A stretch of DNA of 64,000 nt, from the NCBI GenBank assembly GCA_000004985.1, contig GG738856.1; one strand, 5' to 3'. This DNA is from Naegleria gruberi. Lineage: Eukaryota. The notes beneath the pieces were generated by a model that saw only the letters and a list, made by a program, of their open reading frames with translations, was not told the origin of the DNA and did not search any database. Of this stretch, positions 31,868 through 43,251 are shown piece after piece (position 1 is the first letter of the stretch; every line of letters starts with the position of its first letter). The translations under genes were made by a program, and so were the position numbers.

Positions 31868-32164
31868 GAATTCGCTCAGCGAAAGATATTNGTGTGTACC
31901 CTTTTTTCAAAATTAATACATGATAAATTATCTTTCAACCATGTATTACATGAACTATAGTTTCAATATTGTAATATTTATTATTTTTTAATTTAATAAA
32001 ATATTTAATGGTTTCACAATTTTGTAAACTCTCTTCCATTTTCTAAAACAGTTCGAACTGTTATGGAACAGTTTACAATGTGCTTCAAATGAAATGAAAT
32101 CAGACAGAGAAATTGGCAGCTGTAAGAAAGGATGGTGAATGATCCATTAATTTTATTAAATAGT

Positions 32165-35100
32165 TCATATCCAACTTTCATTAAGAGAATATCTTCCAAG
32201 AGTTGAATAATTATCAGATATTGAATCAGTAATAGTTGATGATGTGAATTTAGATGTATCAAAAGGTCCAAGCGTATCACTGTAGCTTGATGTAGAGCTG
32301 TTCAAATAGTCATCACTATCCTCATATCTCTTCTGAACATACGAGAATCCATTACTTGAATCTGATGTGTAAAAAGTGGACATGCTTTGTTCAGATGATA
32401 GAAAGCTATCTTCGCTATCTGTTCCATCTGAAGACATGGACATTTTAAATGAAACCACTTTGCCAGTTATTGACCTTTTTAGCATTTCAAGTTTCAACAT
32501 TTTTTCAATGTCGTTTTCATTAAGTGTTGCAAACACTTTATCTCTCTTCAATTCAACATAATCATACTTTTGTTCAGGTTGAACTGGTTCGTAAATAATC
32601 TCTTCCTCTTCATAGAAGGATGATTGAGAATCTGAATATGTAACAGCTTCTGATGAAGAATAGTTAGAATTGGTCAAAGTAGATTTCTTAGGATTGGTAG
32701 TAGAAGTAGTGGTTGTAAAACTAGTTTGAATATTCTGTGATTGGGTTTGCTTTGGTAATTGTGGAGCAATATGAAAGAAACTGGAAGGATTATACTGTAC
32801 AAATAAATTCTTTGAATTTGTTTCGGTTGTTGTTGAAATGGTTATTGGTGGTGGTTCAGTTTGTACACCAGAAATGGATTTAGTAAATTCATTTGTTTGA
32901 ACTGAGCTAGATTCTACTTTTGGAATTTCATTGAAAGTTTGTGTTGTAATGTTATATTGTTGAGCTTTTGTCTCTGTTGTTATTGAAATTGGAGTTATAG
33001 CCTCTGACATATTATCAGAGAGAATAAAGAACGTGGAATGGGGTAATCCCAGTTTTGGTTGAAAATCTTCAATGATAGGAGTTGTGGGTATTTTATCCAA
33101 ATGCTCCTCCTCTGTTTGTGTTTCAGTGGTTCCAAGTGAAGTAATTTTAGCAGTTTCCACAATTTTCAATTCCTTTTCCTTTGGTAAAATAATTTCCTTG
33201 TCTTTGGAAATATTGGCTTTGTGAGGAATAAACTCAATTTCTTTACATCCGTCATCAATAATTCTGTTTTTCACTAATGATCGATCATTCAATAAGAGTC
33301 TAAACACAAGTTCATAAATTTTCTCCAAATCAAATTCATCATAATCAATCTCAGTAAGTTCACGCACTGAATTGTGTAAGTCAAATATTGGTTGCTTTGA
33401 TTTGATATATTCAATTAAAAGGTCCTCTGTTATATTGTATATAATTTCATCATCACAGGATAAATCATTATTATAGCAAAATGAAAATAGTTCTGCACAC
33501 AATGCCCCTCCTTTAATGGACATAAACCTTTCATCATTTGTTACATGTAAATCTTCTCCTGAATCTTGTTGGCCTAATGAACTGTTCAAATAATCTCCAA
33601 TAATGTTCATGGAAATATGCTTAATTACTCTTTCTATCAAACAATTAGCATATTCTTCAAAGATTAAATCCATATTCTTTTGCTTTTTAACATAATTTGA
33701 CAAATAATGTTGACTTTTTTCATCTGTTTTGATTAATCTGTTAGAATAATGAGATGTAAAACAAATACCATCAAAATCTTCGCACTCATTAAGTTTTGGA
33801 ATTTGATGAGAAGATTTCTTTGGAAGCATTTCTCTAATTAATCTTTCCTTTTCAAACCTAGATAGTTCTTTTTCAACTTTCACATCAATACCATTTTGAA
33901 AGGACATTGCTGAACTGTCCTTTGTTGTCCAGCTCGCATTGTAACTTTCAATCTTTTCCTCCAATGAAATTTGAGCGTTGGAAGGTGGTACACTTATTGT
34001 GGAATTATCAGTAGAAGGTAATTCCGTTTGTATTTCAACCTCGTGAAGAGAAACATCTTTAGGAACTTCCGTTTGAACAGATTGGGCCTCCATTTTTGGC
34101 GTAGGTGCTGTAGGCTCAGCGGTTTGCTCATGAATTCTTGTTTCTGGTGTCATCTCCTTTAAGTTTTGGGGTTTTACAGTCTTTTTGTTCATTACTGAGA
34201 ATTTTAGTAAACTCTCAGAAAATCCTGGATACAACTTTAAAATTTCTTTGCTTGATAGATCAGTTTTTGATAGCACAATTGGTTTTGGTGGAAGGTTTTC
34301 AATTTTAACCTTTTCATCTATTGAAATTGAAAATTTTGGTTGCTCAATTAAAACAGTGTCGAGATTCAAGTTCTTCGAGAAATCTATAGATTTTCCAACT
34401 AGTTCATCAATTAAATATTTTTGCTCGTTTTGGTAAAAGTCTAAATTATCCATTGGCGAGCTATCATCCCACTTTTTAAAAATCATATATCAAAATTCAA
34501 ATAAATACTTACAGATGGATATTTGAAAATGGATGGATGTTTTTTTGACACTTCATTATGGATATCATCTATTGTTAGCTCAGCTGTTTTGGAATCTAAA
34601 TCAAACAAGGGTCTTCTTGTTTGTCTGTGGGTTCTCGAAGTACCTGTAAAAACCTTAAAATCCCTTTTAGAGTCATTTTTAAGTTGTGAAGTCTTCTTTT
34701 CAATCATTTCAAGCTTTTTACCTAGATCTTCAATTTGTTTCATTTGCTTGGACATGAGCGTTTGAGATTTCTTTTGATCTTCACTTAACTGTTTCCCAAA
34801 TCTAGAAGTAATATCCGATGTGACCTTCTGCAATTTGTCAAATTGTTTGTAAAATGTTTTTAAATCTAATCCCATCCGTGTCATTGAATTGTTTACAGTG
34901 TTAGTGACTTGACTAGCAGTTTTTACAAGAATATTGTCATACTCCTTTTCTTTTTGTTGTAACAGTTTTTCCAACATTTTTTGGAATGAGGAGAGTTTCA
35001 ACTCACTCTCCTTAACTGCATTTTCAATTTCATTTCTGAATGAAGAAATTCGTTCAATATTTTTTTCAGTAATTCTATTCTCTTTATCGAGTGGTCTATT

Positions 35101-35973
35101 CTCTTCAATCTTGACAGCGTATTCCCTTAGAGGCTCTTGAATTTCTTCTTGCTTTTTTAAATTTACATTATTATCCAATCTTCTTCCAACCACTTTTGAT
35201 TTTTCGGGTAGATCTTCTCTTTTTCTTTGTTTGTTTTGATTGATTTCTTGTTTCGGAAATTTGATATTCCTTTGTGAGTCTTTTTTTGGAGGTTCTTGCT
35301 CAATATCCTTTTTTTGAGGAGAGGCTTTGGCCATATAAGTATAAAGGGCTTCTGGTATCTTTAAATCCTTTTTTTCCTCTTCAACTTTTTTTGATTTTGG
35401 TAAATCGCTTATCATTCCATAATCTCTTTTCCTATGAAATTTCATATATTCCGTAAAATCCATATGAGTGGTTACTTTTGGAGGTGCAATTTCATATCCT
35501 CTTAAATTTTGAGAAATTGCTAAATTTTGTACTCCAGATTTTGCTAATGAATATAGATCTGGTCCGATAACAGGAACAAGATCATCCGTAACCTTAGTTG
35601 TTTCATCCTCTTGCTCAAATTTGACTTTGGGATGTGATGGAAGAGGAATAATATTTTGTGGTGGTGTGTTTTTGATTATTTGTACATCAGAAACAGTTGG
35701 TTTCTCTGTATCATTAGGGACATTATTTTCTACATTTTGGATAGGGTTGGCTGCCGTATATCCTCCACTAGTTCTCTTTAGGAATGGTTTGATTGGTTTT
35801 TGAAATTCGTCATTATCCGACTGTGAATCTATTGAAGAAATTGGTGAATAAATAGGTTTTTGGATTTTTTGTCTCTTATCAATAACGTTGATAGAATTTC
35901 TTAAGGAACCTCCTCCATGGGATGATGAAAGATCCGATATGGTCCAAGTATCGGAATCATCAAGAGAAGCCAT
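32165..35973 (-). CDS. hypothetical large protein: N-terminal coiled-coil, long S/T/P-rich low-complexity region, 2 exons
   Basis: Exons 35973..34513 and 34471..32165; intron 34472..34512 (GTAAGT...AAAAAG, 41 nt). The join is in frame: ...SIFKYPS|WDDSSPMDNLDFYQ... The two track ORFs 34483..35973 and 32165..34486 are the two exons. The middle is mucin-like, T/S-rich. Confidence 0.5.
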
Positions 35974-36405
35974 TTTTTTTTGATTCTAAAAAACTGTAAT
36001 ACAAAGTTATAAATAGTACTTCCTTAATAATTAGATTTTTTGACATGATAACAACTACTTTTGATCAGCTGTTAAAATTCAGCTGAATGGGATCTTTCAT
36101 TGAGGAACGAACTCTAGAATGTATCCACTAAATAATTACAAAATGATGAGTCACTGCAGGTTCAAAAAGAAATATTTCATCAACTACTACTAATATATCA
36201 GTACTAATATAAAAACTAAATTCACCAACTAAACTGAAGTAACAGATGAATCAAATGATAAAAATTAACACAAATATGTCAATATATTTAATTCTGAAAA
36301 AGGAAAAGATTATAATGGTAATTTCAGGAAATACTGTAAGCTAATAGAGTGAGACATTATCAAAAATCTCTTTATTCTAGCATGCTAGAATGGAAAAATT
36401 ACAAA

Positions 36406-37952
36406 TTAATCTCGCAAATTTAATGTTACATCTCTTCCTTGAACGAAAACTTTAGAAATATTTCTGTCATCTCCATTGAAAATAAATCTGCTAAAGTTTT
36501 CTTTAAGTTTCTTCTCTTCCATTTCATGGGCAGGAACACTTGTAAAAACATCACTGTACAAATCATTGAATGAATCGATACTTCCTTCTTTAACATCGAC
36601 ATCAATGATTAAGGCATCAAAGCTTTTACCTTCTACAAAGTTACCGACCTTGCTTTCGATATTCAAAGCTTCAGCACCTCCAACTGTGGCAATGTAGAAT
36701 GCTTCATCAATAGTAATTGGTACTGTATCTTCGGTTGCGTCTGTTTCATTTCTGATATGGTCAGTACTGGCAGAGGCAGTAGCAATAAGAGTATTTCTAA
36801 TAGAATTGAACATGGATGAAGAATATCCTCCAGAAATATCAGTACCCATACTAACTTTAACACCTCTATTAATTAATTTTCTGACATTCAACACACCGCT
36901 GCACAATGAAAAGTTGCTGAGTGGACAGTGGGCAATAGTCGATCTTCTTTCTTTGATCAATTCGATTTCTGAATCAGTCAAATAAACACCATGAGCCAAA
37001 ATTGTCTTTTCATTTAACAATCCAACCTTATCATAAACCTCTGCATAACTAGTATTGGAAGGGAAGAGTTCTGAAACCAATTTAACTTCTCCAGTATTTT
37101 CTGAAATGTGTGATTGAATTGGTACATCATTATATTCATTGTAAATTTCAGCCAAACCCTTCATCATTTCCTCAGAGCATGAAACTGCAAACTGTTCAAT
37201 AACAATCAATAATTTTCAGCTTGAATTCAAAATAACAATAACTTACTCTTGGTGTAAGAATTGGTTTGACCATATTGAAGTGTTTCATTTGTTCCATGAA
37301 TTTTCTCACATCATCAATACCTTGATGTGTTTCTTCACAATAATATTCAGGAGCAAATCTATCCATACTCACTTTTCCTACATCTATTAGTAGTAAATAA
37401 TATGCACATAAAAATCAACATGTGTTGATACTCCTTTAAATAACTGCTACTGATTAGATACTTACAAGCTCTCTGACCAATTTCTTCAATGATTTTAGCT
37501 AACAAAATTGTTGCGTCATTGTGAATTGTGCCAAAATAAACACTTGTTGTTGTTCCGTTCATCAAGGAACGACGAACGCATGAAGTGTAAACACGAATAG
37601 CAATTTGCAAATCTTTAAATTTACTTTCAACAGGGAATGTGTATGTATTTAACCATTCAAGGAGTGGCATATCTAGTCCGAGACCACAATTGAAATATTG
37701 TGGAGCATGAGCGTGAGTATCAATCATACCTGGAATAACAATTTGAGAAGGTTTCAAGGTAATTCTGTCATATTCCTTCCATTGCGTTTCCAACAATGCG
37801 GAGTCATCATTTTGCTTCATATCCAACACTCTTTCAATTGTACCATCATTTCCAACAATAATTGCTCCTTTTGAACAATAACGCAAGCATTTTGCTGAAA
37901 GCTTGTCCAATGCATGAACAAATGGTCCAATCACAATCAATCCTTTTTTCAT
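36406..37952 (-). CDS. guanine deaminase (amidohydrolase superfamily), 3 exons
   Basis: Exons 37952..37466, 37383..37247 and 37191..36406; introns 37384..37465 (82 nt) and 37192..37246 (55 nt), both GTAAGT..AG. Motifs: PGMIDTHAHAPQYF...PLLEWLNTYTFPVE...NGTTTSVYFGTIH...GQRA|YVGKVSMDR...ILTPR|FAVSCSEEMM...HISENTGEV...AHCPLSNFSLCSGVLNV...SMGTDISGG. These are collinear with animal/bacterial guanine deaminases. Confidence 0.85.
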
Positions 37953-38128
37953 TTTTTTCTATTATTCTAAAACTTTGCCACTGCCATTCTGGGGTCGCGT
38001 ATTTTCTTCAAGCAGGAGAGATCTGTAAATTTGCGCCACATCATTTGTGGAGTTGGGGAAAAGGTCCATGAGGTAAATTGTATTAGCTGTTTCTTCTTGT
38101 ATGTGTGGTGTTGTTTTCTCTTAATGAT

Positions 38129-38791
38129 TTAAAAATCATAATTGTGGTGGTCTTCGTTGTGGTTTTCCTTGGAGAGTTGAATATAGGTTCTCTCAGCAAG
38201 CTCAGTAGCATCAGTATAGTGTTTGTAAGGTTCCAAATCACTTACTACGGAAATTGAATCACCTGACCATTTGCCAACCTTGTCTTGAATGCAGGAAATC
38301 ATGGCATTGAGGGCTCCTGGAAGTGGTGCACGGAATTTGGATCTAGAAATGTACTGCTTTTTGGTGTGATTGAGCAAGTACTTTCCTTCATCAAAGTAAA
38401 TAGCAGGTGCGTGCACTTTAATGCCCTTCATTCTCTTCTTTAAAAACTCGAATGGAGAACCGTCTTCCTTCAACAAACTTTTCAACTCTTGTTCTACCTT
38501 GCCAGCTTCCTTCTCCAATTCTACAGGATCGAGAGGTGTTGTAGCTGCTCTCTTCTTTCCAGACTTGAAACTTTGAACAAGACCAGGAATAACTAACTTT
38601 CCAGCGATATCATCATCAGCATATTCTCCAACAATTGCCAAACGATCACCCTTCCAATCACCTCCATTTTCTAACAATTCCATAATATCACTCACGTGCA
38701 TACCTTGATAAGAGATTGGATCCACAGATCTTCCTAAAGTTTTACAGCACAAGCCCTTTGAAAAGTTGACAAAAACAAAATGTTGAACCAT
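38129..38791 (-). CDS. hypothetical protein (220 aa)
   Basis: Uninterrupted ORF with no recognisable motif. Confidence 0.4.
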   Translation of the reverse strand: MVQHFVFVNFSKGLCCKTLGRSVDPISYQGMHVSDIMELLENGGDWKGDRLAIVGEYADDDIAGKLVIPGLVQSFKSGKKRAATTPLDPVELEKEAGKVEQELKSLLKEDGSPFEFLKKRMKGIKVHAPAIYFDEGKYLLNHTKKQYISRSKFRAPLPGALNAMISCIQDKVGKWSGDSISVVSDLEPYKHYTDATELAERTYIQLSKENHNEDHHNYDF

Positions 38792-39786
38792 CTTGGATAA
38801 TTTCTAATTATTTGCTTCTTGAATAGTGTAATAACGTTATTAAATATTACTTGTATACAATGTGATCAATCGGAATGAATATTCTTCCTTCAATAAATTT
38901 CTTCTTCTTCGGTAATTAATAGTGATACAATTCAACAATTTTTCTACCGAATATTCTTCAGTACTGTTGTTTTGAAATAAAGTAGTTTAAATGGACTCTA
39001 GTACTCTATTGATGCTCTCGAATCACACAATAAGAAGGATAAATTTATACCAAATGTATTGTTGTTGTGTATTGGCTCAAGTTTTCAGTAAACTTTTTTT
39101 TAAATGGAAATTTCGCTGAGTTTTATTGAGGTTGGTACCAATACGCCAAATTGTTCACTCCTTCAAACAAAATAAGTCTTTTCGATTGTCTATCTCCCGC
39201 CCAACAACAGAATTGTTTACCTTCATTCAACATTGTGTTGGTTTTGCCTTGGTGCCACAATGCATAGTGAACCGAAAGTGTTTTGCCCAAAAACGCACCA
39301 TATTTTGGATTTGGCTGTAATGAAACTTGTGGACTGTGAAGGTACGGGTTGAATACTTAATGTGCATAGGAGTTGGAGATTACAATGAAAAATACTACCT
39401 CGTGAAATTAGCGCAGTGAGTGGAAGTGCACGGACTTGAAAACACAGGATAATTAGAAGGATAATAAGTCAATCAAAACTTGCTTAAATGTCCACTGTAG
39501 AATGTAATAGAAAGATGCTAAGGAATTAAGATGGTCATTGTCTAAATTTATCAAAATTTAAGCAATTTTTTGATTCAATATTGAATATTTAGAGTAAATC
39601 AACACACTTCTTCGCGTTTTATTGGAAATGAAACATTTTTGAGCTAATTGCAACTTTACAGCTTTTAACCCAGTGTGAGATATAATATCTACCTTTGAGA
39701 GATATTAATCTCTACTACCTTCACGTCGCAAGAACTTCAAAGTATTTCTAATCAAAAAAAACAAATCACCTTATCAACACCAAGCA

Positions 39787-40227
39787 ATGTACTCTGAAGA
39801 ATCACTCGATAGGAATACACCTCTAGCAGCTTGTTCTCTTGCCTTTAAGGTACAATTTAATCTGCAGAAAGATAAAGGTGTGGAGAATATTATTCGTCTC
39901 TCCACAAGAGGTCCTTCCACCATTAAGGTTGTTAAAGATTTACAAATAGAAATTGTTTCGGAGGAAATTGAGAGAGCCCTGAGAAAGCTATGTTATGAAG
40001 CTACTATTAGTATTCATCATCGTGGTGTCATTGAAGAGTTGGAGAGAAATGAGAATGGAAAGGTGAAAAGATTTAAAGCTGTGATGAGCACATTCACTTT
40101 GGGAGGTGGTTTTGTTGAGGTTGATTTGGAGAAGGGAAGTGTTTTGGTGACTGTGAATGGATTATTGAGTGATAGATCTGTATTTGAAGTGATTGAAGGT
40201 GAAATTATTGAAACATTGTGTTGTTGA
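39787..40227 (+). CDS. hypothetical small protein ending in -LCC
   Basis: A 146-aa ORF. The C-terminal CC could be a prenylation-type motif. The second half has a loose beta-alpha-beta pattern. No confident family. Confidence 0.35.
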   Translation: MYSEESLDRNTPLAACSLAFKVQFNLQKDKGVENIIRLSTRGPSTIKVVKDLQIEIVSEEIERALRKLCYEATISIHHRGVIEELERNENGKVKRFKAVMSTFTLGGGFVEVDLEKGSVLVTVNGLLSDRSVFEVIEGEIIETLCC

Positions 40228-40316
40228 GAAATAATACCAACCCAAACTCAAACTCATTTAATAATATAAAACATTGATGATCCAAATTTAGTTCCTTAGA
40301 AATTGTAAACTTGACT

Positions 40317-41063
40317 TTAATAACTCCATTTGAAATATCCTCCAAAATATTTAGCAATAGATTTCATCAATTGGTGATACTTTTCATCAAATCTCTTCAA
40401 AAATAAAATTGTATTCACAACAGGAGATTCTTTTGGATTAAAAGCTGGTAAAATCTCAATAACATGTTCTCTATTTTCAACTCCATCAGTCATGAGATAG
40501 ATGGCAGTTTCATTTCTTGGATTTGATTTAAATAGAGTCAATGCGCTTCTCAATCCAAATTTAATATCAGTATGTCCATCAATACTTTTCCAGCCAGTGT
40601 GTTGTTTCAACCAATTAATTGCTGAGAGAGCTCCTTTACTTTTTCCATCAGTTACAATTGGTCCAAATGTTGAAACGATTGGTCTGACTTTGTCACTAAA
40701 CAATTGAATGTAAATCACTTGATTAGTTTTAAATTGATCCATTTCTAATAATGCATTTTCAATTGTACGAATCACCAAATCGATTCTTCTTGTTGGTGGA
40801 CTAAAGAATACTAATTCATTCATGGATGCAGAAATATCAATGGAAAAGAGGACATTCTTAGCAGTGGGATGACAAAGTGATTTTTCGTATCTTTCTTCAA
40901 ATAAACATCCTGGATTTGGAGAATCAGATAATTGTTCAAATGTTTCGATGGAAAGTTTATCTGCCAAATCGTCAAATAAATCGTATTTTTCAATACTTCT
41001 TGATGAGCAGGTGATGAAGGCGGTGAGGAGAAGCACCACGAGAATGGTGGTAAATTGACGCAT
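40317..41063 (-). CDS. secreted von Willebrand factor A (VWA) domain protein
   Basis: N-terminal signal peptide MRQFTTILVVLLLTAFITCSS. MIDAS DxSxS in VLFSIDISASM. VWA-typical IYLMTDG. Confidence 0.65.
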   Translation of the reverse strand: MRQFTTILVVLLLTAFITCSSRSIEKYDLFDDLADKLSIETFEQLSDSPNPGCLFEERYEKSLCHPTAKNVLFSIDISASMNELVFFSPPTRRIDLVIRTIENALLEMDQFKTNQVIYIQLFSDKVRPIVSTFGPIVTDGKSKGALSAINWLKQHTGWKSIDGHTDIKFGLRSALTLFKSNPRNETAIYLMTDGVENREHVIEILPAFNPKESPVVNTILFLKRFDEKYHQLMKSIAKYFGGYFKWSY

Positions 41064-41303
41064 TTTTTTTGTATTGGAAAGAACTTGAATAACAAGTTTA
41101 AACTAGAAGTATCATTACAACACATATTGCATCTCGATTGACTTGAAACTCTTATAAAAAGCTATTGAATAACATGTAAACTTTAAATGATTTGTTTTTT
41201 AAATATTAAAATGAAACAAATTGGTAGCCCGTCGGAAATTTGTGATCTTGAGCCTCAATTAAAAAAAAAGAAAATTGAAAGGCTTGATGATGAATGAGTT
41301 CGG

Positions 41304-42908
41304 TTGGTGTTTCTTGATGGCTTGGAAAAACATTACACTCATTCATTACTTCGGAATAAACTTTGTACTCCAACAGCACTTTGTTTAAAAGGAGCAAAGC
41401 TGCTCTGTCTGAGGGAGTATGAATTGGAGCATGGTATTGGTAGGAATGTCGAAATTTATCACAAAAAACGATGGATTATTTCATATTTTGATAGGGAATT
41501 CCGAGTTTTTGATCTTGATACTGGAAAATGTCTTTACAGGATTGCCTGTACTGGAGTTTGCACATGTATGTGTATTGTTGAGAGTGAGGATAATTCAAAG
41601 GATGTAATGTATTTGTTTCACTCTAACAATTGTCACTTACTGAAAGTTGAGCTCGATGCCGACAATAATTTTCCAATTTTACAGGAAACAGAAACGAAAA
41701 TTATTTTTGGAATTACATTCAACAAATCTAAAAACGAGGTTATAGTTTTAGGACAAGATAGAGTTGTAGTGTATGATGGAGACAACTTGCTTTTCAAATA
41801 TGAACAATTATACATGGAACCAACCTTGGCCATTCATTATGATCACAGTACTGACGAATTATGTACCTTTTCATTTGAAAGCAATAATTATTACTTGAGG
41901 AAGTATTATGGAAACTCACTTGGGTTTTCCAAATGTCATGAAATTGTTTCTTTTGAAATTGGTGATGTAGAACCAATATTTGGCTGGAAACCCCATAATT
42001 TCTTGGTTTTTTACAGTAATACCGACCATGAGTTACTATTGTGTGATAGCTCAAATTTCTCATTGGTAGCAAAAGTAGATGGATATAAATTGGATAGCTT
42101 AGCTTTTGACAGAGTAACAAATACTATATTTTCATTCAGTCATAACAAAGTTTCTCAATTAGAACTGCTACTAGAAACCTTCGTATATGATATGCCTTTG
42201 AGTAGAGAAATTTATGGAAATCTATTTTGTCTTCAATCAAAGTTCCCAAAAACATTCTTTATTTCAAATGATGTTCCCTTGGTAGTGAGTTATCTCAGGA
42301 ATATCAGATTGCCAAGGTTACACAAATTTAAACATAAGGAATTTAGGGACGAGTCAGTAATTTCTGAGATTTATGATATGAACACTGAAGAGGTTATTAA
42401 AATAAGAGCGGATTCGAGTGTATATGACTTGGTTAAGTTTTCACCTTTCGAATTTAGAAGCAAAAATCTACATTACAAATACTTTAAAAGGTTTCCTAAT
42501 GACAAGATGTTTGTGATAGGGACTAACTTTGATGATACCTTTTACATCGCTGTTTTACTTTCAGAATTGAAAGAGTATGGGCAGTGGCTTGACGATTTTC
42601 CGATCCATATTGTTTCACGTAAGGACGAATCAGTTGTAAAATGCAAGCTTTCTGATTTTATTAAAACTTTAAAAACAGAGATCTATGTCATGCTCCATTA
42701 TCCAGACAGAGACGAAGGATCAACAGGGTACGAGTTCAAGATCAACACAGAAAAGCTTTATTTCAAACTGGGTAAAGAGGGTTGCATGGACCCAGAGACT
42801 GGAAAGCTTAATTCTAACATGTTATCAGAAAGCTATCGCAATATAGTTATTCATTCAGGCTTTGAAACCATACTGAGGATTGCTAAAATTCATTTAAAAG
42901 ACCAATGA
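41304..42908 (+). CDS. hypothetical protein (about 530 aa); true start unresolved
   Basis: The track start at 41304 is a TTG, not an ATG, and no in-frame ATG lies upstream. The first in-frame ATGs are about 90 codons in, so there is either an upstream exon or an internal start. No domain recognised. Confidence 0.45.
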   Translation: MVFLDGLEKHYTHSLLRNKLCTPTALCLKGAKLLCLREYELEHGIGRNVEIYHKKRWIISYFDREFRVFDLDTGKCLYRIACTGVCTCMCIVESEDNSKDVMYLFHSNNCHLLKVELDADNNFPILQETETKIIFGITFNKSKNEVIVLGQDRVVVYDGDNLLFKYEQLYMEPTLAIHYDHSTDELCTFSFESNNYYLRKYYGNSLGFSKCHEIVSFEIGDVEPIFGWKPHNFLVFYSNTDHELLLCDSSNFSLVAKVDGYKLDSLAFDRVTNTIFSFSHNKVSQLELLLETFVYDMPLSREIYGNLFCLQSKFPKTFFISNDVPLVVSYLRNIRLPRLHKFKHKEFRDESVISEIYDMNTEEVIKIRADSSVYDLVKFSPFEFRSKNLHYKYFKRFPNDKMFVIGTNFDDTFYIAVLLSELKEYGQWLDDFPIHIVSRKDESVVKCKLSDFIKTLKTEIYVMLHYPDRDEGSTGYEFKINTEKLYFKLGKEGCMDPETGKLNSNMLSESYRNIVIHSGFETILRIAKIHLKDQ

Positions 42909-43251
42909 TCCATATTCATGGTTACAATTATTTATTGGCTGATCTGGTGACGCTTGCCTTTGGCAGACAGTTGTTTAGTTTTACTGATGAAGATTTTGAT
43001 TATGGAGATAGTATTTTTGAATGTTAATGCTTTGACTTATGAACAAAATGAGCTATGTGAAAACCTTACATCCTATTAATTCTTTCTTTGAATTTTTCAT
43101 ATTCAGACCCAATCTTTCTTTGGGTGTTTCAATGTTAATTGTTCTCTAAATTCAAACAATGGAAGATGATTCAATACATGATTGAAGACATTTAATAGTA
43201 AAAAGGTGTGACTGTGAACTCAATTTTTGACTCAACTTTGAGAAAACTATT

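Noticed and set aside
32014-32280. 88-aa minus ORF, 8695..8994 plus ORF, and other small ORFs at gene ends
   Set aside because: They overlap real genes out of frame or lie in 3' flanks, and carry no supporting motif.
39126-39320. Plus-strand 64-aa ORF in the long intergenic region
   Set aside because: Short and without motif. It is kept only as part of the 'unexplained island' finding, not called as a gene.
39400-39440. attagcgcagtgagtggaagtgcacgg resembles the U4 snRNA 5' end (GCGCAGTGG), and acacaggataattagaagga resembles the U6 ACAGAGAAGATTAGCA
   Set aside because: Only 8-10 nt of similarity. There is no U4 Sm site or 3' stem, and no U6 ...CGCAAGGATGACACGC core. I judge it coincidental.
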